From the NCBI GenBank assembly GCA_902525915.1, contig CABZJF010000005.1, positions 25,713 to 89,712 on the forward strand: a stretch of DNA of 64,000 nt, written 5' to 3'. This DNA comes from Paracoccaceae bacterium (lineage in GTDB: Bacteria; Pseudomonadota; Alphaproteobacteria; Rhodobacterales; Rhodobacteraceae). This document shows positions 55,100-64,000 of this stretch, piece after piece. Below the pieces are notes generated by a model. It was not told where the DNA came from. It saw nothing but the letters and a program-made list of their open reading frames with translations, and did no database searches. The stretch's first letter is position 1. Every line of letters starts with the position of its first letter. The position numbers were made by a program, and so were the translations under genes.

Positions 55100-55410
55100 T
55101 TTTAAGAGTCATGTAAAGATGAAATTGATTCTCTAATGGCTGCAATGATAGCGGGAAATTTTCAAGAGGAAATGTTTCCACGTCGCCTGTGGATAAACCT
55201 GAAGATAACTTTTTGAAATTAGGAATTTTTTGTTGTATTTTCGGCATTTCGCTGATTTGCCTAAAATTTAGGCAAAATATTAACCTATTGTTTTTATTAG
55301 TTTTATTTTTTATCTTTTAAACAAATGACTGAAATTATTACATTTTTAAAACTATACCATCTATTTTAATGGCCGCAGTGCAAAACTATCACCCAAAATC
55401 AAGTTGTAAT
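55100..55410. other. Candidate chromosomal replication origin / DnaA-bound region
   Basis: Perfect DnaA box TGTGGATAA 55188-55196, degenerate boxes nearby, GANTC at 55106 and 55127, IHF-like site 55281-55293, AT-rich tract ~55280-55350. Confidence 0.55.
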
Positions 55411-56187
55411 CTACTCAACTCCTTGAATATCAGGTGTTTTCCAGCCTAGATGCTGTCCACCATCCACACACAGCAGCTGCCCCGTTACGCTTTTAGCATC
55501 AATAAAGTAACCAACAGCTGAAGTTATGTCTTCGGCGTTCGCTCCCCGCTCTAAAATAGTATTTTTTCTTTGCCCATCAAAATGATATTCCTTTTGACGT
55601 GCTCCAATCAAAGTAGGCCCCGGACCAATGGCGTTTACCCTAATACCCGGAGCAAGAGCTCTAGCAGCAGTTTTCGTCATTGCCCATAAACCCATCTTTG
55701 CAATAGTATAGCTTGCAAAATCTGGTGTAAGCTTTTTAACTCTCTGATCTATCATATTCAGAACTAACCCTTGGGAGATTGGCTCATTTTTTTCATCTAA
55801 GATTGGTGCCAGAGATTGCTTTGCAAAGCCCTGTGTTAATACGAACGGCGCTCTCAAATTACTCTCAATATGACGATCCCAAGTTTTGCGGGTTGCATCT
55901 TCAAAACTATCATACTCAAATATAGAAGCATTATTTACCAATAAAGTAATTTGCCCGCCGATCGCTTCAGACGCTCGATTTACTAATTCCTTAACCTCGT
56001 CCTCGATCAGCAAATCACATTTAAGGCACTCAGATATACGGCCAAGACTATTTATCTCTTTGGTGACATCAAGCGCCTCACTTTCTGAATTATTATAATG
56101 TACAGCCACATCATATCCGCGACTTGCCAGGTATGTTGATATCTCACGGCCTAGCCGTTTAGCCCCACCGGTTACTAGTGCACGCAT
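55411..56187 (-). CDS. SDR oxidoreductase, pteridine reductase/FolM-like
   Basis: TGGAKRLG, AVHY..S, LVNNAS.F, D.RV, YTIAK, VDGG.HL. Confidence 0.85.
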   Translation of the reverse strand: MRALVTGGAKRLGREISTYLASRGYDVAVHYNNSESEALDVTKEINSLGRISECLKCDLLIEDEVKELVNRASEAIGGQITLLVNNASIFEYDSFEDATRKTWDRHIESNLRAPFVLTQGFAKQSLAPILDEKNEPISQGLVLNMIDQRVKKLTPDFASYTIAKMGLWAMTKTAARALAPGIRVNAIGPGPTLIGARQKEYHFDGQRKNTILERGANAEDITSAVGYFIDAKSVTGQLLCVDGGQHLGWKTPDIQGVE

Positions 56188-56202
56188 TGCTAAATTTCAC
56201 TT

Positions 56203-57138
56203 TCATTGAATCGTTATATACAGATAGCTCGCATACGCGAGCGTCAAGAAGGCACCCCAAAGCCTGTTAATGCTAAGCCCCATAAAAACAAATGGAAACA
56301 AAACAATACCTGCCCCTAACATTATCCAAAAATCAAATTCGTAAAACGAAGAGGATATCGGAATATCTCCAAACATTGTGGTTATTCCCACTATGGCGAG
56401 TATATTAAATATATTTGATCCTATCACGTTGCCCAATGCAACATCAGCCTGTCTTCGAACAGCAGCCATTAATGTCGTTGCAAGTTCAGGCAGAGAAGTG
56501 CCAACTGCTACGAGTGTCAACCCAACCACCTCATCAGATATACCATAAGATGTGGCTATCAATGAGGCATTTTTTACTAATATGTCAGCACCAATTGGCA
56601 AACCTATTAATCCTAAAGACAAGAAAAGCATTATTTTCCACAGTGCGAGGTTTGGGTCCACATTTTCCACTTCTAAATAGGATACTTCTGCCTTTTCCTG
56701 TAAACTGTCTCGAACAGCTACAGATAGAAACAAGGTCAATAGAATTAAGAAGATAATTCCTTCAGAAACTGAAAAATTACCTAGGAATGCTAACGAGAGA
56801 AACACAAGTGTTGCAAGCATCATAAACACATAGTTTTTTCCCGTGTTACACTCACTTGTATTAATACCAGCAATTAGAGCAGGTATACCCAAGACAAGAA
56901 GAACATTTGCGATATTTGAGCCAACTACATTTCCCAAAGCAATTCCCGGTGAATTGTCTAAAGTAGCTCTAATTGCTACTAATAATTCAGGAGCAGATGT
57001 GCCTAATGCAACCACCGTTAAAGAGACGATAAAAGCTGGAATTTTAATCCTTAAGCTAAAATTTACTGCTCCACGGACGAGAATATCACCAGCAATTAAG
57101 AGGACGATCAAACCGATAAGTGCTTGAAGCCAAACCAT
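56203..57138 (-). CDS. Calcium/sodium antiporter (YrbG-like)
   Basis: Two alpha-repeats GTSAPEL..GN.VGSN and GTSLPEL..GN.IGSN. Confidence 0.93.
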   Translation of the reverse strand: MVWLQALIGLIVLLIAGDILVRGAVNFSLRIKIPAFIVSLTVVALGTSAPELLVAIRATLDNSPGIALGNVVGSNIANVLLVLGIPALIAGINTSECNTGKNYVFMMLATLVFLSLAFLGNFSVSEGIIFLILLTLFLSVAVRDSLQEKAEVSYLEVENVDPNLALWKIMLFLSLGLIGLPIGADILVKNASLIATSYGISDEVVGLTLVAVGTSLPELATTLMAAVRRQADVALGNVIGSNIFNILAIVGITTMFGDIPISSSFYEFDFWIMLGAGIVLFPFVFMGLSINRLWGAFLTLAYASYLYITIQ

Positions 57139-57140
57139 AA

Positions 57141-57305
57141 CTATCCAGATTTTTTAGAGCATTGACAATCTTTGCCGATTTTAAATTTACCGCACTTATC
57201 ACATCGTTTAGAATCAAACAGTTTAACTTTTGGCACTCTCAATTTTCCAAACATGGCCATCACGCCCATCACGATTAAAAAAAGAACTACAATCTTTAAG
57301 ATCAT
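57141..57305 (-). CDS. 54-aa membrane-anchored Cys4 small protein (not in ORF track)
   Basis: MILKIVVLFLIVMGVMAMFGKLRVPKVKLFDSKRCDKCGKFKIGKDCQCSKKSG*; fills the sppA-antiporter gap with 3-nt and 2-nt spacers. Confidence 0.8.
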   Translation of the reverse strand: MILKIVVLFLIVMGVMAMFGKLRVPKVKLFDSKRCDKCGKFKIGKDCQCSKKSG

Positions 57306-57308
57306 ATT

Positions 57309-58112
57309 TTAAAGCCCATACTTAGCAAATTCTGCCCTTTCCTCCACTAGGCTGATGGCATCATTTGCAATGCTAACTCCAAATCTCTGAGATAGAGATT
57401 TTTTCTGACTATATTCCTTAATACGAGTTTTTTCGCCAAATCTCTCTTTTAAAACCGGAACAACGTGCCCTATACCATCTATTAAACCAAGTTCTTTTGC
57501 TCGAGCGGCCAACCAAATCTCTCCTGTAAAAAGATCATGATCGGTCGATAATTTTCCATCTCTAGCACCCTTCACGTGAGATATAAAAACTTCATGCAAC
57601 TGCGAAAGAATATCCTTTAATCTTTTGACATCTTCAGCTTTTTCTTTCTTAAAGGGATCAAGCATCGACTTAGATTTACCTGCGGTATATACTCTCCTCT
57701 CGATTCCATATCTTGAAAGCAACTCTTGCAAACCAAATCCTGAGGAAATTACACCAATAGAACCAATAATAGAGGCATAGTCTGCATAAATTTCATCAGC
57801 GGCTGATGCTATCCAATAGCCACCAGATGCGGCAACATCCTCCACAAATGCAATAGTAGGCACCTCTGTTTCTTCCGATAATCTTTTAATCCTGTCTCCG
57901 ACAAGAGAAGACTGGACTGGCGATCCACCGGGTGAATTAATAATGAAAGCAACGGCGCTGGGATTTCCTTTTCGGAATGCCTTCTCAAGTGTGGGTGCAA
58001 GCACACTATCAGAAATACTCCCACGCGCCCCTGACGAAATTAGACCATTGAGCCGAACTACTGAAACCGTCTTTCGCCTGTTCAATTTGTTGAGGAAAGG
58101 TATACGTAACAT
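57309..58112 (-). CDS. sppA: S49-family signal peptide peptidase (SppA-like)
   Basis: INSPGGSPVQS, DVAASGGYW, SIIGSIGV. Confidence 0.9.
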   Translation of the reverse strand: MLRIPFLNKLNRRKTVSVVRLNGLISSGARGSISDSVLAPTLEKAFRKGNPSAVAFIINSPGGSPVQSSLVGDRIKRLSEETEVPTIAFVEDVAASGGYWIASAADEIYADYASIIGSIGVISSGFGLQELLSRYGIERRVYTAGKSKSMLDPFKKEKAEDVKRLKDILSQLHEVFISHVKGARDGKLSTDHDLFTGEIWLAARAKELGLIDGIGHVVPVLKERFGEKTRIKEYSQKKSLSQRFGVSIANDAISLVEERAEFAKYGL

Positions 58113-58205
58113 GGGTATTATTTAGGCACGGTGCTCATTTACTTCAATATACAGATTACTTAAACCTGCTACTAGCGACATTTATTCAACATGGGTTAAG
58201 TTGCA

Positions 58206-58967
58206 TTATGGCCTTAGTCTCCAACCAGTTTTGAAAATTAAAAAAATTATAAAGATACAGAAAACAGTAAATATTGTTATGGCAAAAAGACTTGCTGCTA
58301 TTGAAACGTCAGAATTATTGTAAAAAGCCCACCTGAATCCTGAAATCAAATAGACAACTGGATTAAAAAGGCTTACAGTTTGCCAGAATTTTGGAAGCAT
58401 CGATATCGAATAAAATGACCCACCTAAGAAAACTAAGGGAGTGATTATTAACAAGGGTACTAATTGCAGCTGTTCAAAATTGTTTGCCCAAATCCCTAGG
58501 ATGAAGCCAAGTAACGAAAAAGAGATGCAAGTCACCACTAATAAAAAAATCATAATAAAAGGGTGAATGATTTCTATATCGACAAACAATAGTGATGTTG
58601 CCAATATTACTAAACCAATAAATAAAGCTTTAGATGCCGCAGCACCGACATATCCAATAACAATTTCCAAGAAATTTACAGGAGCTGACAGAACCTCATA
58701 TATGGTTCCAATAAACTTTGGGAAATAAATACCAAATGATGCATTTGAAACCGCCTGCGTCATTACGCTGAACATTATCAATCCAGGCACTATGAATGCA
58801 CCGTAACTAAGACCATCAACAGCATCTATCCGGCCACCAATTGCCGCCCCAAAAACGACAAAATACAAACAAGTTGATATAACTGGAGAGACAAAACTCT
58901 GTAATAATGTTCTAAAAAATCTGGACATTTCAAAAATATATATTGCTCGTATAGAACGAAAATTCAT
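58206..58967 (-). CDS. ABC-2 permease (YadH-like)
   Basis: [41 protein letters not shown]. Confidence 0.9.
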   Translation of the reverse strand: MNFRSIRAIYIFEMSRFFRTLLQSFVSPVISTCLYFVVFGAAIGGRIDAVDGLSYGAFIVPGLIMFSVMTQAVSNASFGIYFPKFIGTIYEVLSAPVNFLEIVIGYVGAAASKALFIGLVILATSLLFVDIEIIHPFIMIFLLVVTCISFSLLGFILGIWANNFEQLQLVPLLIITPLVFLGGSFYSISMLPKFWQTVSLFNPVVYLISGFRWAFYNNSDVSIAASLFAITIFTVFCIFIIFLIFKTGWRLRP

Positions 58968-59893
58968 TTAGACGGCTCCTCGATTAGTGAGACGAATATT
59001 TCTTCTAATGAGGACTGTGATGTTTTCAAATCACTTATTTGCAAATTTGAAATCGAAATCTCATTTAGTAATTTCGTAATTTCATTACTAGAAGCTTTAG
59101 CATCATATAGATAATTTATGGTCAAACCATCGTCTGAAAGGTATAGATCAAAATTTTGCAGTTTAGCAGGAATGACAGTAATTGGAGATTGTAATGAAAT
59201 CTCTACTTTTTTCCGGCCCATTCGCTTCATTAAAGCTTTTTTCTCTTCCAATAAAATTAACTTACCCTTTGAGATTACTCCAACTCGATCAGCGATTGCT
59301 TCTGCTTCCTCGATGTAATGCGTGGTCAATATTATTGTAACACCTTGAGACTTTAAATCAGACACAAGTTTCCACATGTCTCTTCTTAACTCTACATCTA
59401 CACCTGCGGATGGTTCGTCGAGGAATAATACTCTTGGCTCGTGCGCCAAAGCTTTGGCAATCAGCACGCGTCTTTTCATACCGCCTGACAACTGCAAAAT
59501 TTTAGAATCTTTTTTGTCCCACAACGATAACTGGCGGAGAACTATTTCTATTTGATCATCATTAGGGCTCTTTCCAAATAAGCCTCTTGAAAAACGCACT
59601 GTATTGATAACTTTCTCAAACGGCTCCAATGCAATTTCTTGGGGCACCAAACCAATTAGAGATCGCGCCAACCGATAATTCGATCTCGTGTCAAATCCCC
59701 CAACTCTTACTTGACCCGCCGTTGACACAACCAGTCCACAAACTGCAGAAATAAGAGTAGTCTTTCCCGCTCCGTTCGGCCCAAGCAGGGCAAGAATTTC
59801 GCCCTCTTTAACATCAAAAGAGACGTTTTCAAGCGCTACTTGTCCATCATTATATCTTTTCGAAAGTCCAGTTATGGACAGCATATTTGTCAT
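58964..59893 (-). CDS. ABC ATP-binding protein (YadG-like), start probably ATG 59893
   Basis: [25 protein letters not shown]. Confidence 0.92.
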   Translation of the reverse strand: MTNMLSITGLSKRYNDGQVALENVSFDVKEGEILALLGPNGAGKTTLISAVCGLVVSTAGQVRVGGFDTRSNYRLARSLIGLVPQEIALEPFEKVINTVRFSRGLFGKSPNDDQIEIVLRQLSLWDKKDSKILQLSGGMKRRVLIAKALAHEPRVLFLDEPSAGVDVELRRDMWKLVSDLKSQGVTIILTTHYIEEAEAIADRVGVISKGKLILLEEKKALMKRMGRKKVEISLQSPITVIPAKLQNFDLYLSDDGLTINYLYDAKASSNEITKLLNEISISNLQISDLKTSQSSLEEIFVSLIEEPSK

Positions 59894-59923
59894 ATTAAAA
59901 TATTCTTTTGATGGAAGTATCAA

Positions 59924-60967
59924 TCAGGAACGTTTAAAGTTTCTAATTGTTTCTATCATTAGGGCAACGTTATCTGGGTTGGCTTCAGGGGTAATACCAT
60001 GACCTAAGTTAAATATATGAGGACCTTGTGACAAATCTGAAACTATATTTTCGATTTCATCAATCATATTTTGACCACCTGATACCATATGAGAAGAATT
60101 TAAATTTCCCTGTATACAACCATCCTTTTGTAAATATTTAGCTGCCCATGCTGAACTTATACTATCGTCAATAGCGAGACAGTCTGCACCTGTGGATTTT
60201 AAAAAGCCTTTGTAATAATCGCCCGCCTGTCTCGGGAAAGCTATTATTGGCACCGTGGGATATTTGGCTTTTAATTCCATTACTATCTTTTTTGTCGGCT
60301 CAAGAGCATACTTATAAAAATCATCTCCTTTCAAAGAACCGGCCCAGCTATCAAATATTTTTACCACCTCAGCTCCCGCATCAATTTGTGCAGACAAGTA
60401 TTTTATGGTTGCTTCTGTCAAAATCTCAATCAAATTTTCAAAAGCTAATATATTATTATCTTTTAAATCATGCGCTGGCTTTTGATACGGCGTACCTCTT
60501 CCGGCAATCATATAAGTAGCGACCGTCCATGGAGCTCCTGCAAAACCAATAAGTGTTGTCTCTTCGGGCAATTCTTTTGATAAAATCCGTACAGTCTCAT
60601 AGACTGGACGCAATGTATCGTGAATTTCATCAACAGGCTTAAGCAATTTCAATTCATCGGTAGAGTTAATTGTTGATAGCCTTGGACCCTCGCCCGTTAC
60701 GAACCACAAATCTGCCCCCAGAGCTTGAGGAAGAAGCAGGATATCAGCGAATAAAATTGCCGCATCAAATCCATATCTTCTAATCGGTTGCAAGGTAACT
60801 TCAGCAGCAAGATCACTATTGTAACATAGTGATAAAAAGTCACCCGCTTGAGCTCTAGTCTCTCTGTACTCTGGCAAGTAACGACCAGCCTGACGCATCA
60901 TCCAAATAGGCGGTGTATCTAGCACTTCGCCAGCAAGAGCTTTTAAAATTTTTTTCTTAATGGTCAT
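59924..60967 (-). CDS. hemE: Uroporphyrinogen decarboxylase
   Basis: [36 protein letters not shown]. Confidence 0.97.
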   Translation of the reverse strand: MTIKKKILKALAGEVLDTPPIWMMRQAGRYLPEYRETRAQAGDFLSLCYNSDLAAEVTLQPIRRYGFDAAILFADILLLPQALGADLWFVTGEGPRLSTINSTDELKLLKPVDEIHDTLRPVYETVRILSKELPEETTLIGFAGAPWTVATYMIAGRGTPYQKPAHDLKDNNILAFENLIEILTEATIKYLSAQIDAGAEVVKIFDSWAGSLKGDDFYKYALEPTKKIVMELKAKYPTVPIIAFPRQAGDYYKGFLKSTGADCLAIDDSISSAWAAKYLQKDGCIQGNLNSSHMVSGGQNMIDEIENIVSDLSQGPHIFNLGHGITPEANPDNVALMIETIRNFKRS

Positions 60968-61063
60968 TCTTTTGCCTTTCTCTGAGTACTTGGTTCACGT
61001 TCTTTAAATAAATGTCAAGCTTGGTATCTTGCTTTGATGCAAAACACCGCTTAAACCCTATTT

Positions 61064-62002
61064 ATGGAATTAAAATTACCAGATCCAGAATCACCATTGC
61101 GCATTGGTACTAGGGGCTCACCTCTAGCGTTAGCACAAGCATATGAAACAAGAGAGAGACTTAGCATAGCTTTCGGATTGTCACTCGACTCATTTGAAAT
61201 TGTTGTAATTAAAACAACTGGCGATAAAGTCCTTAATCGCCCTCTAAAAGAGATTGGTGGGAAAGGACTTTTTACCAAAGAAATTGAGGAAGCACTGCTA
61301 CAAGAGAGTATTGATATTGCAGTGCACTCAATGAAAGATATGCCCGTTCAGCAGCCCGACGGTCTAATTTTGGACACATTCTTGCCCAGAGAAGATGTGC
61401 GAGATGCATTTGTATCGAGGATCCACAAAAGTTTAGCAGATATTCCACAAGGGGCTACAGTGGGCACTTCATCGCTCAGACGAAAAGCTCAACTTATGTC
61501 AAAGCGTCCTGATCTAAAAATAGTAGAATTTCGCGGGAACGTACAAACAAGACTGAAAAAGTTAGACGACGGTGTGGCTGAGTGTACATTTTTAGCAGTT
61601 GCCGGACTAAATCGTCTTAAGATGGAAGATATAATAACTGCACCCATTTCACCAGACGAGATGCTTCCAGCCGTGGCACAAGGTGCAATAGGCATTGAGC
61701 GTCGTGAAAAGGACATAAAAGTTGCAACAATGCTAGAAGCTATTCACAATTCTACAACAGGATTGCTACTGTCTGCCGAAAGAGCTTTCTTAGAAGCCTT
61801 AGATGGTTCATGTGAGACCCCGATCGCCGGGTTGGCTGAGTTTAAAAATGAGAACCTTAAATTTCGCGGCGAGATTTTAAAAACTGATGGGTCTGAGGTT
61901 TATAGTGATGAGCAATTAGTTTCTAAAGAGGATGCCACTCTCGTCGGCATTGAAATGGCGCATAAACTCTTAAGTCAGGCAGGCAATGATTTCTTTTCAT
62001 GA
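61064..62002 (+). CDS. hemC: Hydroxymethylbilane synthase
   Basis: GTRGSPLALAQ, GGKGLFTKE, VHSMKD, GTSSLRR, LDGSC. Confidence 0.97.
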   Translation: MELKLPDPESPLRIGTRGSPLALAQAYETRERLSIAFGLSLDSFEIVVIKTTGDKVLNRPLKEIGGKGLFTKEIEEALLQESIDIAVHSMKDMPVQQPDGLILDTFLPREDVRDAFVSRIHKSLADIPQGATVGTSSLRRKAQLMSKRPDLKIVEFRGNVQTRLKKLDDGVAECTFLAVAGLNRLKMEDIITAPISPDEMLPAVAQGAIGIERREKDIKVATMLEAIHNSTTGLLLSAERAFLEALDGSCETPIAGLAEFKNENLKFRGEILKTDGSEVYSDEQLVSKEDATLVGIEMAHKLLSQAGNDFFS

Positions 62003-62009
62003 TCGGCTG

Positions 62010-62930
62010 CTAGGTAAAATAACTACCGATTTGTATTGGGAAACCGCGTAAAAAGTCCTCAGTGGTCTGAACCGACTTCCCTGATCTTTGGAGTAAAGTA
62101 ATTTCAAGCGCCCCTCCCTCACAAGCAATTACTAATGGCGTCCCAATTACCATACCTGGCTCTGCTTGATTATTTTGGTTCGAACTATTTATTCTAACAT
62201 TCAAAAATTTTATTCGCTCGTCGTTGTAGTAGGCCCACGCACCTGGGTACCGCGAAAGGCCTCTGATTTGCTGCTCTATTATTTGGAAATCTAATGACCA
62301 GTCAATCTTTGCCTCTTTCTTGTCAATTTTTTTGGCATAAGAAACTTCCATAGTTGACTGGGGTTTTGGAATTAACTCATCAATCTTTTTTATTGTTTCA
62401 ATTAGCAACTTTGCCCCTAAATCAGCTAATCTCTCGCTCAAGAAACTAGTTGTATCGTCTGCTTTAATTGGCGTTGATTCCTTTGCAACTACTGGCCCCG
62501 TATCCAAGCCTTCATCCATTTTCATGATACAAACCCCAGTTTCACTATCCCCAGACATTATTGCGCGGTGAATAGGCGCCGCCCCTCGCCATTTCGGCAA
62601 AATAGATGCATGAATATTCAGGCTACCATACCTAGCAGCCTCAATAATTTCTAAGGGTAAAATCAAACCGTAGGCGACTACCACCGTAAGATCAGCATTC
62701 AAATCAAAAAATGCTAATTTATCTTTTTGCAATTTGAAATTTTCCGGCGTTCTAACTGTTATCCCATATTTTAATGCCATTTCATGCACGGGAGTAAGAT
62801 TGACTTTCTTACCCCTTCCTGCACGCCTAGGTGGCTGACTGTACACACAAGCAATTTCATGCCCAGCCTCGATTAATTTTACGAGTGTTGGAATTGAAAA
62901 ATACGCTGACCCTAAAAATACTATTTTCAT
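62010..62930 (-). CDS. fmt: Methionyl-tRNA formyltransferase
   Basis: YSQPPR.AGRG, VVAYG, NIHASILP.WRGAAPI, GLDTG. Confidence 0.96.
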   Translation of the reverse strand: MKIVFLGSAYFSIPTLVKLIEAGHEIACVYSQPPRRAGRGKKVNLTPVHEMALKYGITVRTPENFKLQKDKLAFFDLNADLTVVVAYGLILPLEIIEAARYGSLNIHASILPKWRGAAPIHRAIMSGDSETGVCIMKMDEGLDTGPVVAKESTPIKADDTTSFLSERLADLGAKLLIETIKKIDELIPKPQSTMEVSYAKKIDKKEAKIDWSLDFQIIEQQIRGLSRYPGAWAYYNDERIKFLNVRINSSNQNNQAEPGMVIGTPLVIACEGGALEITLLQRSGKSVQTTEDFLRGFPIQIGSYFT

Positions 62931-63421
62931 CGTCTTTTTTTAGCCTTACGAATTAGCATATCTCTCTTCACAGCTGAAAGCCTATCAAAATACATTACTC
63001 CATTTAAATGATCGATCTGATGCTGGACAGAAGTAGCCCAAAGGCCCTCAAAATCATTTCTTACGATCATACCGTCTTTATCTAAATATTTGACTGTTAC
63101 TTTTCTTGGTCTTGAAATTTTTGCCGACACGCCTGGAAGATTGGGGCTAGCTTCAATATTCTCATTCATTTCCTTCGATACTTGCAAGGTTTCTGGGTTT
63201 GCCAGAAGAATAAATTGCCCACGGTCCGTCGACGCATCCACCACCGCTAGACTAGACATAATACCTAATTGACTAGATGCGAGACCAATACATGACATGG
63301 CTTCCATTGTATCAATTAAATCTGACCAGATTTTTTCTACATTTTCATCAATTTTTTCTACAGGCTGAACTTTTTGCTTGAGTCGTCTGTCTGGCCACAT
63401 CAGCAATTTTCTTATAGCCAT
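62927..63421 (-). CDS. Peptide deformylase-like protein with degenerate active site
   Basis: PDF-like sequence, but motifs read CIGLASSQ / EASPN / QHQIDH. Confidence 0.88.
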   Translation of the reverse strand: MAIRKLLMWPDRRLKQKVQPVEKIDENVEKIWSDLIDTMEAMSCIGLASSQLGIMSSLAVVDASTDRGQFILLANPETLQVSKEMNENIEASPNLPGVSAKISRPRKVTVKYLDKDGMIVRNDFEGLWATSVQHQIDHLNGVMYFDRLSAVKRDMLIRKAKKRR

Positions 63422-63955
63422 CTATGTTTCTTTTCGCTCCATTTCACGCTTGAATTTTTGCATTTTCCTCGTAATCAACTGTCTCTTTATTGTACCAAGA
63501 TAATCTATGAAAAGTTTTCCATTTAAATGATCGATCTCATGTTGAACGCAAGTAGACCATAGCCCATCAAATTCTTGTTCTTGCTCATTTCCATTCCGAT
63601 CTAGCCATCGAACTTGAACAGAGGTTGGGCGCTTAATTTCAGCAAAATGCTCCGGAATAGATAAGCACCCCTCTTCATAAATATTTTCTTCATCAGAGCT
63701 AGCAACTATCTCAGGATTAATCATTACAATCGGTTCACCTTTAGCAGCTTCTTCCTTTTCACAATCCATAACGATAATTCGAGTTAAAATACCAACCTGA
63801 GACGCAGCCAAACCAATTCCTGGTGCATGATACATGGTTTCCAACATATCATCCGACAACTTAATAAGTGAGTCATCAATCTCTAAGACTGGTTCACAGA
63901 TCTTTTTCAACTTAGGATTTGGATGTAGTAAGATAGGTCTCAGCATAGATTTCAT
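63422..63955 (-). CDS. def: Peptide deformylase (alternative start 63946)
   Basis: GIGLAASQ, EGCLS and QHEIDHLNG intact. Confidence 0.96.
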   Translation of the reverse strand: MKSMLRPILLHPNPKLKKICEPVLEIDDSLIKLSDDMLETMYHAPGIGLAASQVGILTRIIVMDCEKEEAAKGEPIVMINPEIVASSDEENIYEEGCLSIPEHFAEIKRPTSVQVRWLDRNGNEQEQEFDGLWSTCVQHEIDHLNGKLFIDYLGTIKRQLITRKMQKFKREMERKET

Positions 63956-64000
63956 TTAGGTTAAAAAGTAATTACATGCAACTTCGAAGGGTTTTATTAC

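Noticed and set aside
55173-55188. parS-like half sites (TGTTTCCACGT at 55173; TTCACGTGAG at 57571)
   Set aside because: Neither forms the full GTTTCACGTGAAAC palindrome
61034-61047. FnrL-like TTGAT in the hemE/hemC divergent promoter
   Set aside because: Right half AACAC does not match ATCAA
62999-63537. Identical 20-mer TCCATTTAAATGATCGATCT in both def paralogs (62999-63018 and 63518-63537)
   Set aside because: It encodes the conserved IDHLNG motif with mostly AT-preferred codons; too short to claim gene conversion

Overview
Core-chromosome segment of an AT-rich, tightly packed (streamlined) marine-type Rhodobacteraceae/Roseobacter-group alphaproteobacterium; the taxon is inferred from gene content, synteny and protein similarity. 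The window carries glcDEF, polA, nth, ftsK-lolA, a ubiquinone hydroxylase, cnoX, xth, ribA, yggS, a porin, leuS-lptE-holA, atpHAGDC, gloB, clpA, a MotA/MotB-like pair, a peptide-type ABC catabolic operon, uvrC, sppA, yadGH, hemE/hemC and def-def*-fmt. I saw no rRNA, tRNA, CRISPR array, IS element or prophage. The most notable observations are: (1) an orphan MotA/ExbB-like + MotB-like ion-motor pair whose B subunit has a ~570-aa coiled coil; (2) a candidate oriC upstream of uvrC (perfect DnaA box, IHF-like site, GANTC sites, AT-rich tract); (3) a porin with 0 Lys, 1 Arg and 43 Asp/Glu whose basic constriction residues are replaced; (4) three intact ORFs lacking catalytic residues (L,D-transpeptidase C>S, response regulator D>N, deformylase paralog); (5) an amidase pseudogene missing its catalytic core; (6) a 54-aa membrane-anchored Cys4 protein missed by the ORF track. 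All homology calls are from motif recognition and memory of the families, not from database searches.
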